Source: Octopus vulgaris (taxonomy: Eukaryota). From it: a stretch of 64,000 bases of DNA. Of this stretch, positions 26,741-40,471 are shown piece by piece. A program made the translations under genes and the position numbers. The notes under the pieces are model-generated. The model was not told where the DNA came from. It made no database searches and saw nothing but the letters and a program-made list of their open reading frames with translations. Positions within the stretch are counted from its first letter, which is position 1. Each line of letters starts with the position of its first letter. The stretch is taken from NCBI GenBank assembly GCA_951406725.2, contig OX597821.1, positions 75,702,001 through 75,766,000 of the forward strand, in the 5' to 3' direction.

Positions 26741-27306
26741 CAGGGTGACTCAAAACAAACAGAACCCACAAATCTTTGAATAAAATTGTTTGAATAAAAC
26801 GACGCAGATGAATAGATCAAGATGAACCGTGCTTCCAGCAAGACTAGGCCACCCCCAGCGCATCAACTGACTCCCTAGTCCTAGCTTGGCTAAGAGAACG
26901 ATTTCAGGAGAGACTGCTCAGCAGGAAGTGTGACGGTAAGTGGACACTACATTCACTGGACTTGAACACCCCGACTCCCAGTTTTTTTTATCTGATGGGG
27001 GTATCTTAAGGACAGTGTTTACCAGAATAACCCTCAAGCGATTGATGAACTGAAGGCTGCAATCACAAGAGAAATCAAGGAAATTACCAAAGAGGAATGT
27101 GTTCGAGTAATTGACAATTTTGCACGATGTATGCAAGTGTTTGAAGTGTTTGCGCGACATATGCCATTTGGAGCATATTTTGAAAAGAAAATGACTTTTA
27201 TGCAATGGGAATGATCGTACAGAAACCGAAGTTTAAGTCCAGAAAATGTCAATGCTGGACCTTGTTTTTATGGGTTCTGTTTTTTTTTTTGTGGGGAGTG
27301 ACCCTG
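26741..27306 (+). mobile_element. Tc1/mariner-superfamily DNA transposon, internally deleted relic
   Basis: Imperfect TIRs TA|CAGGGTGACTC...AAACAGAACCC and GGGTTCTGTTT...GAGTGACCCTG. Degenerate transposase FQQD*ATP...W..HSLDLN...GYLKDSVYQNNPQAIDELKAAITREI. Confidence 0.88.
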
Positions 27307-28095
27307 CATTTCACAAACAGCTGTACATCTGATGGCTATTCTATGAAGGTGGCTTATAATCGCTTATAGGAAGTCTACTGAAGGAATCACATCATTTAAG
27401 GTTTCTACTTGAACTACATGTGAGTCCCAACATTGAGGGTACCGTCAATTTCAGTCTATGGACAATCACTGGCCCAGAGGCTGAAACTTCGTCACAACAA
27501 CTTTTTTAAGCTGCTGCCTTATGTATGAAACAGAACGGCTTCAGCACTGTCTGTTTTCTCCTGGACTGAAGGTAACAAATTTCTAGTAACTTTTACCTCT
27601 GGAACGGCAGACATTGTTTGTGTCACTAATAAAATGTTGGCGACTAATCACGGAGAGTTTTAAGATTCTTTTTCTTCAAATTGCAACTTCTTCCATTTTC
27701 GTTTTGTCCAACACAGATTACTTTTTTAAGAAATTTTCTCCATGGTGTACGTGAACAGAAGAAATCTAGTATAGTGTCAGGAAGAGACAAGAATATATTA
27801 TAATAACGCAATTTGCGGTAATGATTCTTGGCTTAGTATTGACTTTTGGTCACCAGTAAGTGAATTACGCAAATCAACGCTCAGCCTACTTTCTTTTCTA
27901 TCCCGAGAAATATTTCACTAGTTGCGATATTTGATAAAAATCGGTTGGTTGCCAAATTGTTGCTGTAAGTTGAGTATGTGAGAAAGGACAAAAACAGAAG
28001 TAACTTCTGTGTGTGTATGTGTGTGTGTGAGTGTGTGTGTATATATCATTTAAGTGGCTCGACGTAATTTCAAAACGAAACATTTATATACATAC

Positions 28096-28157
<62 letters not shown>

Positions 28158-28258
28158 CAATTGAGGATAAAATCTTTAAAAGAAATTATCAGTAGTTAGC
28201 GTAAAAAACCTCGTAACAGAAAAAATCCGTAAATTTTTCCACTTTGAAAATATTTATT

Positions 28259-28444
28259 TATATTATATTGAGGGTACTACTATTCGTAGATACCATACGC
28301 TAAGAGGGACCAATGCGGTCAAAACTACTAAAATAAACAAAATTTTACCGAATGCAAAACTTCAAAGCAAATCATTTAAAAAAAGAATTTAGGTCCCTCT
28401 TAGCGTATGGTATCTACGAATAGTAGTACCCTCAATATAATATA
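28259..28444. repeat. Perfect 53-bp inverted repeat with 80-bp spacer
   Basis: TATATTATATTGAGGGTACTACTATTCGTAGATACCATACGCTAAGAGGGACC (28259-28311) and its exact reverse complement (28392-28444). Confidence 0.95.
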
Positions 28445-28694
28445 TATATATAAGAAGTTTGAAAACGCCACTATATAAGATAAAATTTAATATTCTTAGA
28501 AATTTTACATGTTTCGCTTCTTCTTGAAAAAACGAACCTTATCAAAAATATTTTTAAAAGTTAAGTGTAATAAAAAAAAGTTCATAATTGTTTCTTACTA
28601 GTCTCAAAAGAATCCACGTAGTGGTCTTATGTTGCGGAGAGCATAATAGCTGTCTTGTGTGTTGACTAAAGTTTGGGAAATGACCAGTGGCCGA

Positions 28695-29017
28695 AATACT
28701 ACCGTCCGATTTCACTCACCTCTCATATGATTAAAATAATTGAGAGGGTGGTGAGATCGTGAATAACTCACTTCTTTGAAGACAAGAATCTGCTGAAGCC
28801 CAACTAGCATGGTTTCCGTGATGGCAGGGCTCCCTGTCGCAGCTTCTGCACCATTTTGATGACATTTTAAAATATTTGTCAGAAGGCTGCAACACTGACG
28901 TCATATACCTTCATCTCAGCAAGGCACTTGACAGAGTGGACGACAAAATCCTGCTGTCTAACATTGGAGTACGTGGAAAGCTGCTGCAGTGTATAAAGTG
29001 TTCCTTGAGAAACAGAA
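28695..29017 (+). pseudogene. CR1-like reverse transcriptase fragment (degenerate)
   Basis: YRPISLTSHMIKIIERVV...*HGFRDGR / QLLHHFDDILKYLSEGCNTDVIYLHLSKALDRVD...IGVRGKLLQCIK, i.e. RT domains 1-3 with stops and a frameshift. Confidence 0.88.
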
Positions 29018-29327
29018 CCTAACATATTGCATCTAGTTATAAAGTAAAGGAACATAGTAAACATATTTAGAGGAAATTAGCAGCTTTTAACTGCGACAAG
29101 GATTTGGGAAAGCAGCGAAAGTTTGTTTTCTTATCGAACTGAAGAACATTCGAGGTCATTGTTGCTGAGTTGTTTGTGTTTACTCTTTTTGGTTGAACTA
29201 TCTTTCAGACAGAAAAGGATCTGCTTGCTTATTTCTTATTGTTAAAAGGGGATTTATTGCGTGAATTCGCAACCTGTGGAAACTGATCAGGGTGTATGAT
29301 ATAAGTGAGAGAAAGGAAGAGAGAGTT

Positions 29328-29417
<90 letters not shown>

Positions 29418-29496
29418 TAGAGTTAAGAGAAAAGGTTTTATAGCTGGTTCGGCAACAGGCCTTCTCTCTAAAGAAATTAATGTAGAAGAACAGACA

Positions 29497-29760
29497 AGTG
29501 TACCCTTAACGTAGTTCTCGGGAGATTCAGCGTGACACAGAGTATGACAAGTCTGGCTCTTTGAAATACAGGTACAAAAAAAGAAAACAAGAAGAAAAAG
29601 TGAGAGAAACATGTGGTGAAAGAGTATAGCAGGGGTCGCCACCAACGTCTGCCGGAACATCGTGGAGCTTTAGGTGTTTTCGATCAATAAACACTCACAA
29701 CCCTCGGTCTGGGTATCGAAACCGCGATCCCACGACCGCGAGTCCGCTTCCCTAACAACT
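29497..29760 (-). mobile_element. tRNA-derived SINE sharing the group V 3' module but with a different middle
   Basis: GTACCCTTAACGTAGTTCTCGGG.GAT..AGCGTGACACAGAG is shared with 21904-21948; box B-like GGTTTCGATACCC on the minus strand. Confidence 0.75.
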
Positions 29761-30359
29761 TACACACACACATACATACATACACGTCAAGCCATATAAG
29801 TGTTTGTATAAATTTAGTGGGGCGAGGAGAATAATTTGCCATCTATGAGGCTTCTTCTTGGCTGCAGGTTTAAGTGGCTCACTCTATATTTTGAAGAGCA
29901 TATTGCCGAGAATATTTTGAAAATCTGAATAACCTTCGCTTGTCATTTTGAGAAACCTTCCCCAAATCCTGTCTTCCGCTTATCTTCTTCGGATACATTT
30001 CTAACAAGCATTTGTAAACACCCTGTAAAAGAGTTTACTCCCTTGTCGATGCCTCTTGAGTTTTTTTTTGTTTTTCTGTTATTTAGAAAGGATATATAAA
30101 TAGATGAACGAGAAAACCGCAAAAACGAAAAAAAAATGAGGCTCCTTAGAATAAGATACAATGAGAAATGAAGACCGAGGAAGAGACAAGGAAACAAGGT
30201 GTAAACACTGAGTGAAGTGAACAACAAGTAAATTGATGGAAACTTCCGCTAATAAGAGCTAACGATGTTTGTCTTCTTCAACGCTTAACACAACACTGAG
30301 GGAACAGTAAAAGCAGCCCACGGCAAAAATCCCTTTCTGCTGCATTCAGACTTCTTCGC

Positions 30360-30929
<570 letters not shown>

Positions 30930-31479
30930 TCTTAGACAACAAATATGTGTGCATGTATCTATCCTGCGCAAGCGTGAATAAACAAATTGTTATAGTTGGA
31001 TTATATGTTGACGTGTTTCCGTGTGAGTGTGTGTGTGTGTATGATTTGTTTGTGTCTGTACGGACGAGTGTATTCCATGGTTATGAATGCGTTTGTATTT
31101 ATATGTATAAGTATATATATATATATATATATGTGCATGTGTGTGTGTGTATAGGTGTGTATATATGTATGTATGTATGTGGTCTTTATCATTTTTTGTG
31201 GCTGTTATTATTATGCCACGAATTTATTTATTTATCATTTACTCAAATTTTGTGAATGCACAAACTCTCAATCGGATTTGGGTGAGCGAAATTACGGCTA
31301 ATTCTCAAGAATTGCTGCCGCAAGACATAGTCTGGACTGAGCCTGCAGGTAATGGCCCTAATGCATGTTGGGATGCATGCATTCACATCATCCTTTCCCC
31401 CCCACCCTACGTCTCTAAGCTTCTGGCAATCTATACAATGTGCCAACGAATCACTCTTTGCCTCTCTTATTATTGTTAT

Positions 31480-32150
31480 CATTCTTCTTCTTCTCCTTCT
31501 TCTTCTTCTTCTTCTTCTTCTATTTCTTCTCCTTCTTCTTCTTCTTCTCATTGTTATTATTATTCAATCTCACTCTTTCTCCTGCTTTTCTCCTCCCCCC
31601 ACCTCCTCCCTACCTCGTAAATCATCTTACAGAACCCTATTCTTTACTAATGGTCTTCTTTTATTGTTTTCGCTCCCATCATTTTCCTTCATTCACTTCA
31701 CCGACAGCTGTTACTGTAGCATCTCTTTCTTTCTCGCACCTCTCAAATTCATCCTCAACCTCCCCTTCGTCCCCCTCCCCCTCATCCTCCCCCTCTTACA
31801 TATTTCCCTCATTTCTTTAACTTTTTCTTAAAGCATCCCTCCGTTTCTCCCCCCCTTTGGTCTGTCTCTCTTTTTAACTGCCTCTGTTTCTCTCCTCCCC
31901 TTCTCTTATTCTCTTGCTTCATCCCACGTCCCTTGCTTCTTTAAATTTTATTAAAGATCTCTCCCTCTCTCTTTCCCTCTCCCCTCCTCTCTCACTCTCT
32001 CTTCCACAGCTCCTCAATCCCCCTCCCTCTTATTTCCTACTCTCTTCTCTTTCTCTTCTTCTGTTTTGTGTAAATCTTCCCATTTTCTTCTTTTCTTGCC
32101 TTCTTGTTTCTCTCTCAGTTTTTCTTAATTTTTCTTCATTTATTTTGCTT
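31480..32150. repeat. (CTT)n and long pyrimidine-rich low-complexity tract
   Basis: Seen directly; the ORFs here are compositional artefacts. Confidence 0.85.
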
Positions 32151-32534
32151 TGTTTCATAAAAGTTTCTTCTTTTTATTTTATTCAATAAGACCGTTAACT
32201 CTTGTTTTGTTTTTCTTTACACTGCTTGACATATATGCAGCTTGTTCACTTCATTTTCTAGACATTCACTTTATCTCCTCTCGCCGCTCTTTACCTCAAC
32301 AATTGTATTTTCCATTTTTCATATCAATTTCAGATCTCACTTTCACATTAACCTTCTCCACCCTTGTAGCCTTGCACCCAACGCTGGCCTCTAATCGTGT
32401 CCGAAACACTAACGCTGATACATCTTATATACGGTGCTGCGCCTTGGAGCAAAACGAAGCGTGTGGAATAACATACTCGCGAAACATTTCCAATTCTCAG
32501 TCATTTCATTTAAGCAGATAATGTTAGCTTCAGA

Positions 32535-32890
32535 TTTTTGGCGCAAGGCCAACAATTTCGGGTGAGGGGTAAGTCAGTTAGATCGACCCCGGTGCCCGAC
32601 TGGTGCTTATTTCATCAATTTCGAAAGGATGAAATGCAAAGTCGATCCCGTTGGAATTTGAACCCTGAACGTAAGAACGGGCGAAATGCCGCTGTGCAAT
32701 TTATTTCCCCCTGGTCAACACCTTTCGTTTTTCATTGAACCCAGTGCATAACTGGTACATATTCCATCAACCTCGAAAGGAGAAAAGACAAAGTCGATCC
32801 CGGTTGAATTTGAACTCAGAACGCAAAGTCGCAAAAAATGCAGTTAAGCATTTTATCCGGAGCGATAACGATTTTCTAAACTCGACGTCC
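32535..32890 (-). mobile_element. Two diverged group M SINE cores in tandem
   Basis: GAAAGGA.....CAAAGTCGATCCCG....AATTTGAAC occurs at ~32623 and ~32775. Confidence 0.75.
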
Positions 32891-33746
32891 TAATTAAGTA
32901 AATAATAACGGCTTTGGGAAATAAATGTTTCTTCCCTTGTAACCGGAGGGTGAAGGCAGAACATAGCAGTCCACAGTAAGTGTTGTCTTTGTTCGTGCTT
33001 CAAGATTTTAGTCGTATCATTGTGAACTTGACCCTAATCGGAAATTCTATCTGTCTTAATACGCCGGGGCAACATGAAATAAAGTATCTCATTTGAGGAT
33101 ATAATGCTTCTTTCTGTAAAGGAATCGAACCCATGACCTCATCGAAGTCCATTTACTGATCTACTAAGTCACGTGCCTTTCCATAGCTTTAAGATATTCG
33201 TGTTAATAAAATGAAACCGTTATTTCTGATATTTTATTGTGTTTAATAAATATATAATCTCATCTCCTGGTGTAACAGATTCACAAGTTTAATTATTCAA
33301 AGTGAACTTGTTATATAGATTGAATGTGCATTGTCAAATAATCAATTATAAAATATTTCCCCCCGTTTACAGATACTTTATATCGTAATCGTTATTTCCG
33401 TAGAGTGCGTAAAGTGGTAATCTCTCAGTAGATACAGTTCCTGGTAGTATATACTTCCTCGCCGATATAGCTATTTCTTTAACTGTTATCCAAGTCAACA
33501 ATATCATATTTTACAGGACTCAGCAAGGTACTCCACTTTAGGATAGCAACAAAATATAAAACAGAGATGAATTTCGAGCCTTTTATGATTAAAGACGAGA
33601 CAGCACCACGGTTTCAATCCTTGCTTGTAAGTTTTGCATGACATTGCTTTATTTTGTTAAACGTATGAAATACTGATGTTGTCCTCAAACTTTATGTACG
33701 TATGGCCGAGCACAATAGTAATTTAGATATCTTTTTACGAAAATCA

Positions 33747-33918
33747 GGAGTGGCTGTGTGGTAAGTAGCTTGCTTACGAACCACATGGTTCCGAGTTCAG
33801 TCCCACTGCGTGGCACCTTGGGCAAGTGTCTACTATTATAGCCTCGGGCCAACCAAAGACTTGAGTGGGTATTTGGTAGACGGAAACTGAAAGAAGCCCG
33901 TCGTATATATGTATATAA

Positions 33919-33979
<61 letters not shown>

Positions 33980-34180
33980 TCTGTGTTTGTCCCCCGAACA
34001 TCGCTTGACAACCGATGCTTGTGTGTTTACATCCCCGTAACTTAGCGGTTCGACAAAATAGATGGATAAAATAAGTACTATGCTTACAACAAATAAGTCC
34101 TGGGGTCGATTTGATCGACCAAAGGCAGTGCTCCAGCATGGCTACAGTCAAATGACTGAAACAAGTAAAAGACTAAGAGA
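33747..34180 (+). mobile_element. CORE-like SINE (group C), full length, internal (TA)n(TG)n
   Basis: GGAGTGGCTGTGTGGTAAG...GAGTTCAGTCCC...GCACCTTGGGCAAGTGTC...CCAGCATGGCTACAGTCAAATGACTGAAACAAG. Confidence 0.92.
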
Positions 34181-35188
34181 GATAGAAGAGAATTGTAATT
34201 GAATAGCTTGAAATGGGTGTCTAACCGCTTCTCACTTCATCGACCAGACTGTGACGAAAACAACACCGCTTCTGTCGTACGCCTCGAACTCGGATCAACT
34301 CGGTTAAAATCTATTTGCGGCTTTGATCTTGTGAGAATGTAGTTTAGCTTATTGAATTCTGACTATAAAAACGGCTATTTGTTGTATTTATTTCTCCACA
34401 ATGATAAAGGCTGGGCACTGAGAGAATAAAGTTAATTGCAGACCATCCCAAAATACAACAATAGATGTGTAGACAAAATGCTAGACCAAATGAGATAACA
34501 AAAGCCTATAAAATATAAAATATATTAAGATATTGTAGTTGCAATTCCGTTATTCGCGGAAAGTGATGTGTAGAAACTTAATATGTTTTATATATCTTTA
34601 TATGGTTTGTATTCTATATTTTACTTCTACTTTTATTCATTTATTTCCCTCTGTATTCTCTATCTCCTCCTTTTCCACAATAATTCCTTATTTCGAACTC
34701 AAATATTTACCTCTATTCAACCATCTCACATCGTCACTGATGAAAGGAAATCCGTAATATCGCAGTAATAGCTGTAAGTCTATATCTACATATTTTTCCT
34801 TATAGATGTCCTCAAAACTCCTCAGCGCCTTGTCTATATATATGCACGCTAATACAAGACCCATATTACACTCCTCACCCGTATCACTATCGAACCAAGA
34901 GTTTAACTAGCACTTACCTGCCATTCTTTGGATCTTCTAGATACCAATTCCTCTCATATATATACATATAAGGTGACGTTGTAATTGTCTGGCAACTGGT
35001 TGGATTAAAAATGCTATACAGGTACTGAAACAATTTCACCTAGGGGAATATTGTCAAACATTGAATCGTCCACTTGGTAACATAACTAAAATGTATCCAG
35101 TATTGAGTTTAGCAAGCAGAAATATTTGATAAATGATTTAGATTCTTTATCCTTTATTCTATTTTTCAGTTATAATATTTGTCATGTT

Positions 35189-35402
35189 AAGGCGGCGAGC
35201 TGGCAGAAGCGTTAGCATGCCGGGTGGAATGCTTAGCGATATGTTGTCTGCCGTTACGTTCCCAGTTCAAATTCCGCCGAGGTCGACTTTGCCTTTAATC
35301 CTTTCAGAGCCGATAAATTAAGTACCAGTTACGCACTGGGGTCGATATAATCGACTGACCCCTTCCCCCAAAATTTCAGGCCTTGTGCCTAGAGTAGAAA
35401 AG
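35189..35402 (+). mobile_element. Group M SINE monomer head-core-X with 15-bp TSD
   Basis: AAGGCGGCGAGCTGGCAGAA...AGTTCAAATTCCGCC...GATAAATTAAGTACCAG. TSD AATATTTGT(C/G)ATGTT at 35174 and 35403. Confidence 0.92.
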
Positions 35403-37898
35403 AATATTTGTGATGTTGAATTTCGTTTTCCAATTCAGTATTCACCCCAGATCCTATTCTTAATTACATTTAAGAATTGCGAACAGCATCAGAGTCTCAA
35501 TGCTCCAACAACGGGCGAAAGCATAATAAACATCAAAGCTCACCTTCTGTGTGTTCCTAACTAAGCAATAGCTATCATGTGTTGACCAACACGTTCTCAT
35601 TGTGTATTATCGTATGGGTACCTTTATGATGGTATCTTAAATGTTCTACCTAAATGTTCATATGAAAGATTTCGCTCATTCACTTAGATAAAAATAAATA
35701 GTACATTAAGCTGGAATACTTCACCGGAGCAGCCACCAGTAGTACCTGATATTTTAATTTGTTGGTACTTTTCAACGATGCGGATCTTCAATGAATTTGA
35801 TGAAGATAACGGTAAATTACTTCAAATATTTTCCCCCCTGCTAAATTAAACACGTATTTATATGATAAACTGACTGAATAATACACAAGTTTTTGTCTAA
35901 AATTCGTTGCTTAACTAATATTTGTTTAAGCTTCAAGTTAAATAAAAATAAACTAACATACGTGAAAGCTGTGTAGAACATCCTGCCATAAGTAGTAAGT
36001 TAAGTAGAGGTTTTAATAAGAAACCTCCACAATAATTAAGCTGGTGTGCCGCTATTTATGTTATGACATCTCTCAGGCAAAATGGTGGATCTACATCCAA
36101 TATTGTATACTTAAAATACCATTCTCATTTGCTATACCACGTCACTAGGTGTTGCACTATTAGGATGTTACTGTCACAGGTATAAACCTAGAATCACATT
36201 TTCCCATGACTACAGCAATATGATAAAATGGAAGGAAGCAAAGATGGGAATAAACTAAAACAACGACACAACAAATGTGCATGAAAATTCCTTGATGAAA
36301 AAGACCCAGTCACAAGAATACCACGATGGCTAAAGACTAAAACTTTGAACTCATAACCTGGTATTATTAATAACAAATTTGTCATTTCTTCTTCCATTTT
36401 CACCTTTCGTTCGAGCCACACGTAATAGCATTAAATAACATACAAAAAGAAAACATTTTCTTTAAATTACCATACACCTTTGATTGTTATAAATGAATAA
36501 CAAAGAAAATGTAGTAATATAAGTAAAAGGAAATAAATTATGGTTATTAACCTGTTCAAAATAAACAGAACATTTGTCATTGGCCATTCCTACTAGCTTT
36601 GAAAATACAAGATTAGCTAGGATATGCTTATTGTCCATCTGTAAACGAAGTTGTAAAGAAAATTAGACTGGCTGCAAAGAAATGCTATATTGAATTACTC
36701 AGATGGCATTTGTTCTCCTTGTCAAAATGTATCTTCCTACATAGACATTTTATTATATAAATGTATGCTCTTCTACAACCATAAATACATTTTAGACTTA
36801 TGTGACGAATTTCATTATTTCAGGACTATTGATTTACAAAATATTACAGCAAAAAGTGCAAAGTTTACTGGTTTTGTCATTACATTAGATATTTTCTTTG
36901 AAGGTGTAATCAAATTGATATTTTAACCCATACTTCCTTCTTGAAGGAGAGAATTGATAGGTTGTTTATTTCATTATGAACGTCAGTTGGTCACTAAACA
37001 GAATACATCAAAATGTTAGTGAGTTTTGTTTGTTTTCGAAACCACCTCTGTTATATTTAATATGATGAATGACATATAGAGAAAAGAAATTTGAAAGACA
37101 TTTAAAAGACGAGGATTGGGAAATACGTCAAAACGCTAAATGTTTTCTGATAGCAATTTTCTTGTAAGTGTTGAAAGAATTTTCGATTTAAATATTGCCG
37201 TCTGATTCTATTTCTGATATATTATAACGAACGTGAAAAAGTATTCAGAAATGAAGTTATTGAAAAATATTTTCCAGAATATGTTTTTAATTTAAGATGT
37301 TTGATGCTATGAAAACGTAAGCGTAGGATGCTACATTTATTTCGGTAAAAACTACGTGTCGCCTAACTTTCACGAAATGTTCAAACAGGAAGTAAATGGA
37401 ATTTATTTGCAAGGTTTGCAAATGTATACGTAGACACGGACTGCAACTGGACCAGTATCGCGAAAACTCAGTTTGAATCTCAGTGACATGTAAACAGAAA
37501 TTATTTTAAAATATCATTCTTCTGCTGTATATCTTAGCATAACATACACACACATATCTCTAATATGCAAAAAAAAAAACATGCGCACATATGTATGTGC
37601 ATATTATATCCATATGCTTATGTAAGTCCGGACATGTTCCCTTGGCATAAGTAGCTACGGTCTCCTTACCCTGTTAAGTATTATGGCATCAAGAGGTTCG
37701 TCACAAAGAACTGTTGGATAGACTCAGGCTATAAGGAAGAAAAGGCTTTTCTTTTTATAATTTGGTTACATCAATTTAAAAGAAGTAAAGTGGAACAATC
37801 TGGTCAAAATATCGCAAAAGCAAATTTCATAAAAACATGAAAGAAATAAGAAAGAGAAAATAATTCAGATATTATATTTTAAACAGAAATTGATATAA

Positions 37899-38083
37899 AT
37901 TTCTTTATTACCCACAAGGGGCTAAACATAGAGAGGAAAAACAAGGAAAGACAAAGGTACTAAGTCGATTACATCGACCCCAGTGTGAAACTGGTACTTT
38001 ATTTATCGACCCCGAAAGGATGAAAGGCAAAGTCGACCTCGGCGGAATTTGAACTCAGAACGTAACGACAGACGAAATACCTA
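37899..38083 (-). mobile_element. Group M SINE headless core-Y monomer with 18-bp TSD
   Basis: TSD AAACAGAAATTGATATAA at 37881-37898 and 38084-38101. The insert equals one period of the multimer repeat. Confidence 0.9.
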
Positions 38084-38797
38084 AAACAGAAATTGATATA
38101 ATTAGTTAAGCAACAGCTTACTGTCAACTTGATTTAAATTTAGTTATGAGTTCATATTTAGTTAGCGCTCTCCAATAGTAGAATTGCCCTCATTTTACGT
38201 AGGAATTTTAGAGTGTTTTTCTGTCAGCTGCAGAAAATACACTTTAAGCATAAATAATTGTTTAGTTAATAATTTTAAAATATCGAATCGGGTAAAAGAA
38301 ATATCATTCAATGACAATAATTACCCACAAAATACAGGGTCAACAACAGATATTTTATAAAATTACATTAACGATTATTTTACATTCTATTTCCACAAAA
38401 TATAATTATTTCTTGCTAGTGTTGCCATGTATTTACCTGAAGAATCAACTATGTTTATTAGGGTAGCAATTACGTCGTCGTCTTAACTGTTCAAATTTAA
38501 AGTTGGTATTTAACCTCAGGTAAACCTTTAAATGGGCCGTTCCTCAATTGTTGTTGAATTTATATATATAGTCTCTGACTATTTTCTCTTTCTCACTAGA
38601 CCGCTGGTGGCGAAAAAATTTCTATTGAATTTTTTGCTACCCTATATTGATTAAATATATATATATATATATATTCTTCAACTATGGATTTGACGAACTT
38701 TGAACCCAACTAAAATGTAAGACTTTCGAATCATTGAACATTTTCTTTTCCGATTTCTCCCTCTATTTTTCACTCTATTCTCCTCTCTACTTTCTCC

Positions 38798-38875
38798 GTT
38801 CTGATGACGTTTACCATTTGCAACGAGGTAAATACTTATTTACCTCAACTTTGGTACACAGAAACAGCTGTAAAC
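38798..38875 (+). ncRNA. Hammerhead-like motif with long stem II inside a (TA)n-flanked element (~38674-39105)
   Basis: GTT-CTGATGA-C-GTTTACCA...GAGGTAAATA(CT)TATTTACCTC...TGGTACAC-A-GAAA-CAGCT-GTA-AAC: palindromic stem III ACAGCTGT, GUA triplet, stem I GTT/AAC. Confidence 0.6.
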
Positions 38876-39119
38876 TCACTCTTACCTTCTCCTTGCTTAA
38901 CTAATTAAATAATGGCTTCTATTTGTTGTCTTTCTTCCATTTTCTGATCGTCTATATATACATTAAACTACGGTTTACCTCTTAAATTACCTGATACCGT
39001 ATACCTTTTATCTTATAAGGACAACACTTACGGAGGTAATTACCAGAAGTGCCTCTGGATACTCCTATCCCTTAGAGGGCTTAACACCTCTAACTTATAC
39101 CTTACACACACATATATAT

Positions 39120-39711
39120 ATGAGGGGTGGTGGGAGACAAACACAGATATATATACACGACTACTTTCTTTCAGTTTCTTATTTCTTTATTGTCCACGAG
39201 GGACTAAACATAGAGAGGACAAAGAAGAGCAGACAAAGAAATTAAGTCGATTACATCGACCCCAGTGCATAACTGGTACTTATTTAATCGATCTCAAAAA
39301 GATGAATTGCTAAGTCAACCTCGGCGGAATTTGAACTAAGAATATAGCGGCAGACGAAATACCTATTTCTTTACTACTCACAAGAGGCTAAACACAGAGG
39401 GGACAAACATGGACAGACAAACGGATTAAGTCGATTACATCTACCCCCAGTGCGTAACCGGTACTTAATTTATCGACCCCGAAAGGATGAATGGCTAAGT
39501 CAACCTCGGCGGAATTTGAACTCAGAACGTAGCGGCAGTGGTAACGCTTCTGCCAGATCGCCGAATTTAAGTTTCTGTCTACCAAATCCACTAACGAGAC
39601 TTTGAGAGGCGATAATAAAAGAAACTTGCCCAAAGTTCAAGCAGTGCAATTGAACACGGAACCGTGTAGTTGGGAGGCACAATTCTTACCACACAGCTAC
39701 GCCCGCGCCTA
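39120..39711 (-). mobile_element. Old group C SINE interrupted by a group M core-Y dimer (39180-39569)
   Basis: Group C sequence ...TTTCAGTTTCT resumes as AGTTTCTGTCTACCAAATCCACT after two ~183-bp group M units. Confidence 0.8.
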
Positions 39712-40425
39712 CATTTAGGCTAGTTATATAAAAAAAATATATTTCATCGTTTCTATTTTTTCCTACCAGATTTCTTCAACACTATTGACATTTATGGTTG
39801 CTTTAAAGCAGACATATATACAAATATTCTTGCCTGTACATACCTGTGGGCCTGTTTGCGCGTGTGTGCTTCTGTGTATGCATGTATGCGTGTGAATGTG
39901 TGCGTGCATGCATGTGTGTGTATGTGTGTGTGCTTGCTCGTGTGTGTGTGTGCGTGCGTGCTTGTGTGTGCAAATGTGCACGCGCACCGTAGAATGAAAA
40001 TAAGCAAATTTAAGAAAGTTTCGGAGAACACAAAAAGGAAATAATGGAGAAGTCATGAAAATAAACAGTACAGAGGTTTATAAACAGCGAAAGCAAGAAT
40101 AACGGGTCGTTCTAATTTATCTCCGATACGAGGCGAGTATTGCTCTGTGAAGCACTTCTTAACACCCCATTTGCTAATAAACTCTTTTGTTATTGTGTGA
40201 TTCAAGCCACTGAAGATAATGCATAACGGCGCATCTCGAATAAAGATTGTGATTGGTTAAATGTTCTTATCATAGATGGTGTGTCAATGACACGGTGGTT
40301 CGTTTGTGCTTGTGTTATGCGAGTACATGTGTGTATAAGTATTTGTCGCTGACTAGCTATGCTTTCATGAAAGCATTTAAGACTTAATATCAATAAGATT
40401 TTTATCATTTCGTTTGAAAGACTTC

Positions 40426-40471
<46 letters not shown>

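Noticed and set aside
34735-34770. CTGATGAAAGGAAATCCGTAA hammerhead-like, preceded by YFELKYLPLFN (faintly like a GIY-YIG C-terminus)
   Set aside because: GTAA instead of GAAA, no stem I, and the peptide is too short to trust.
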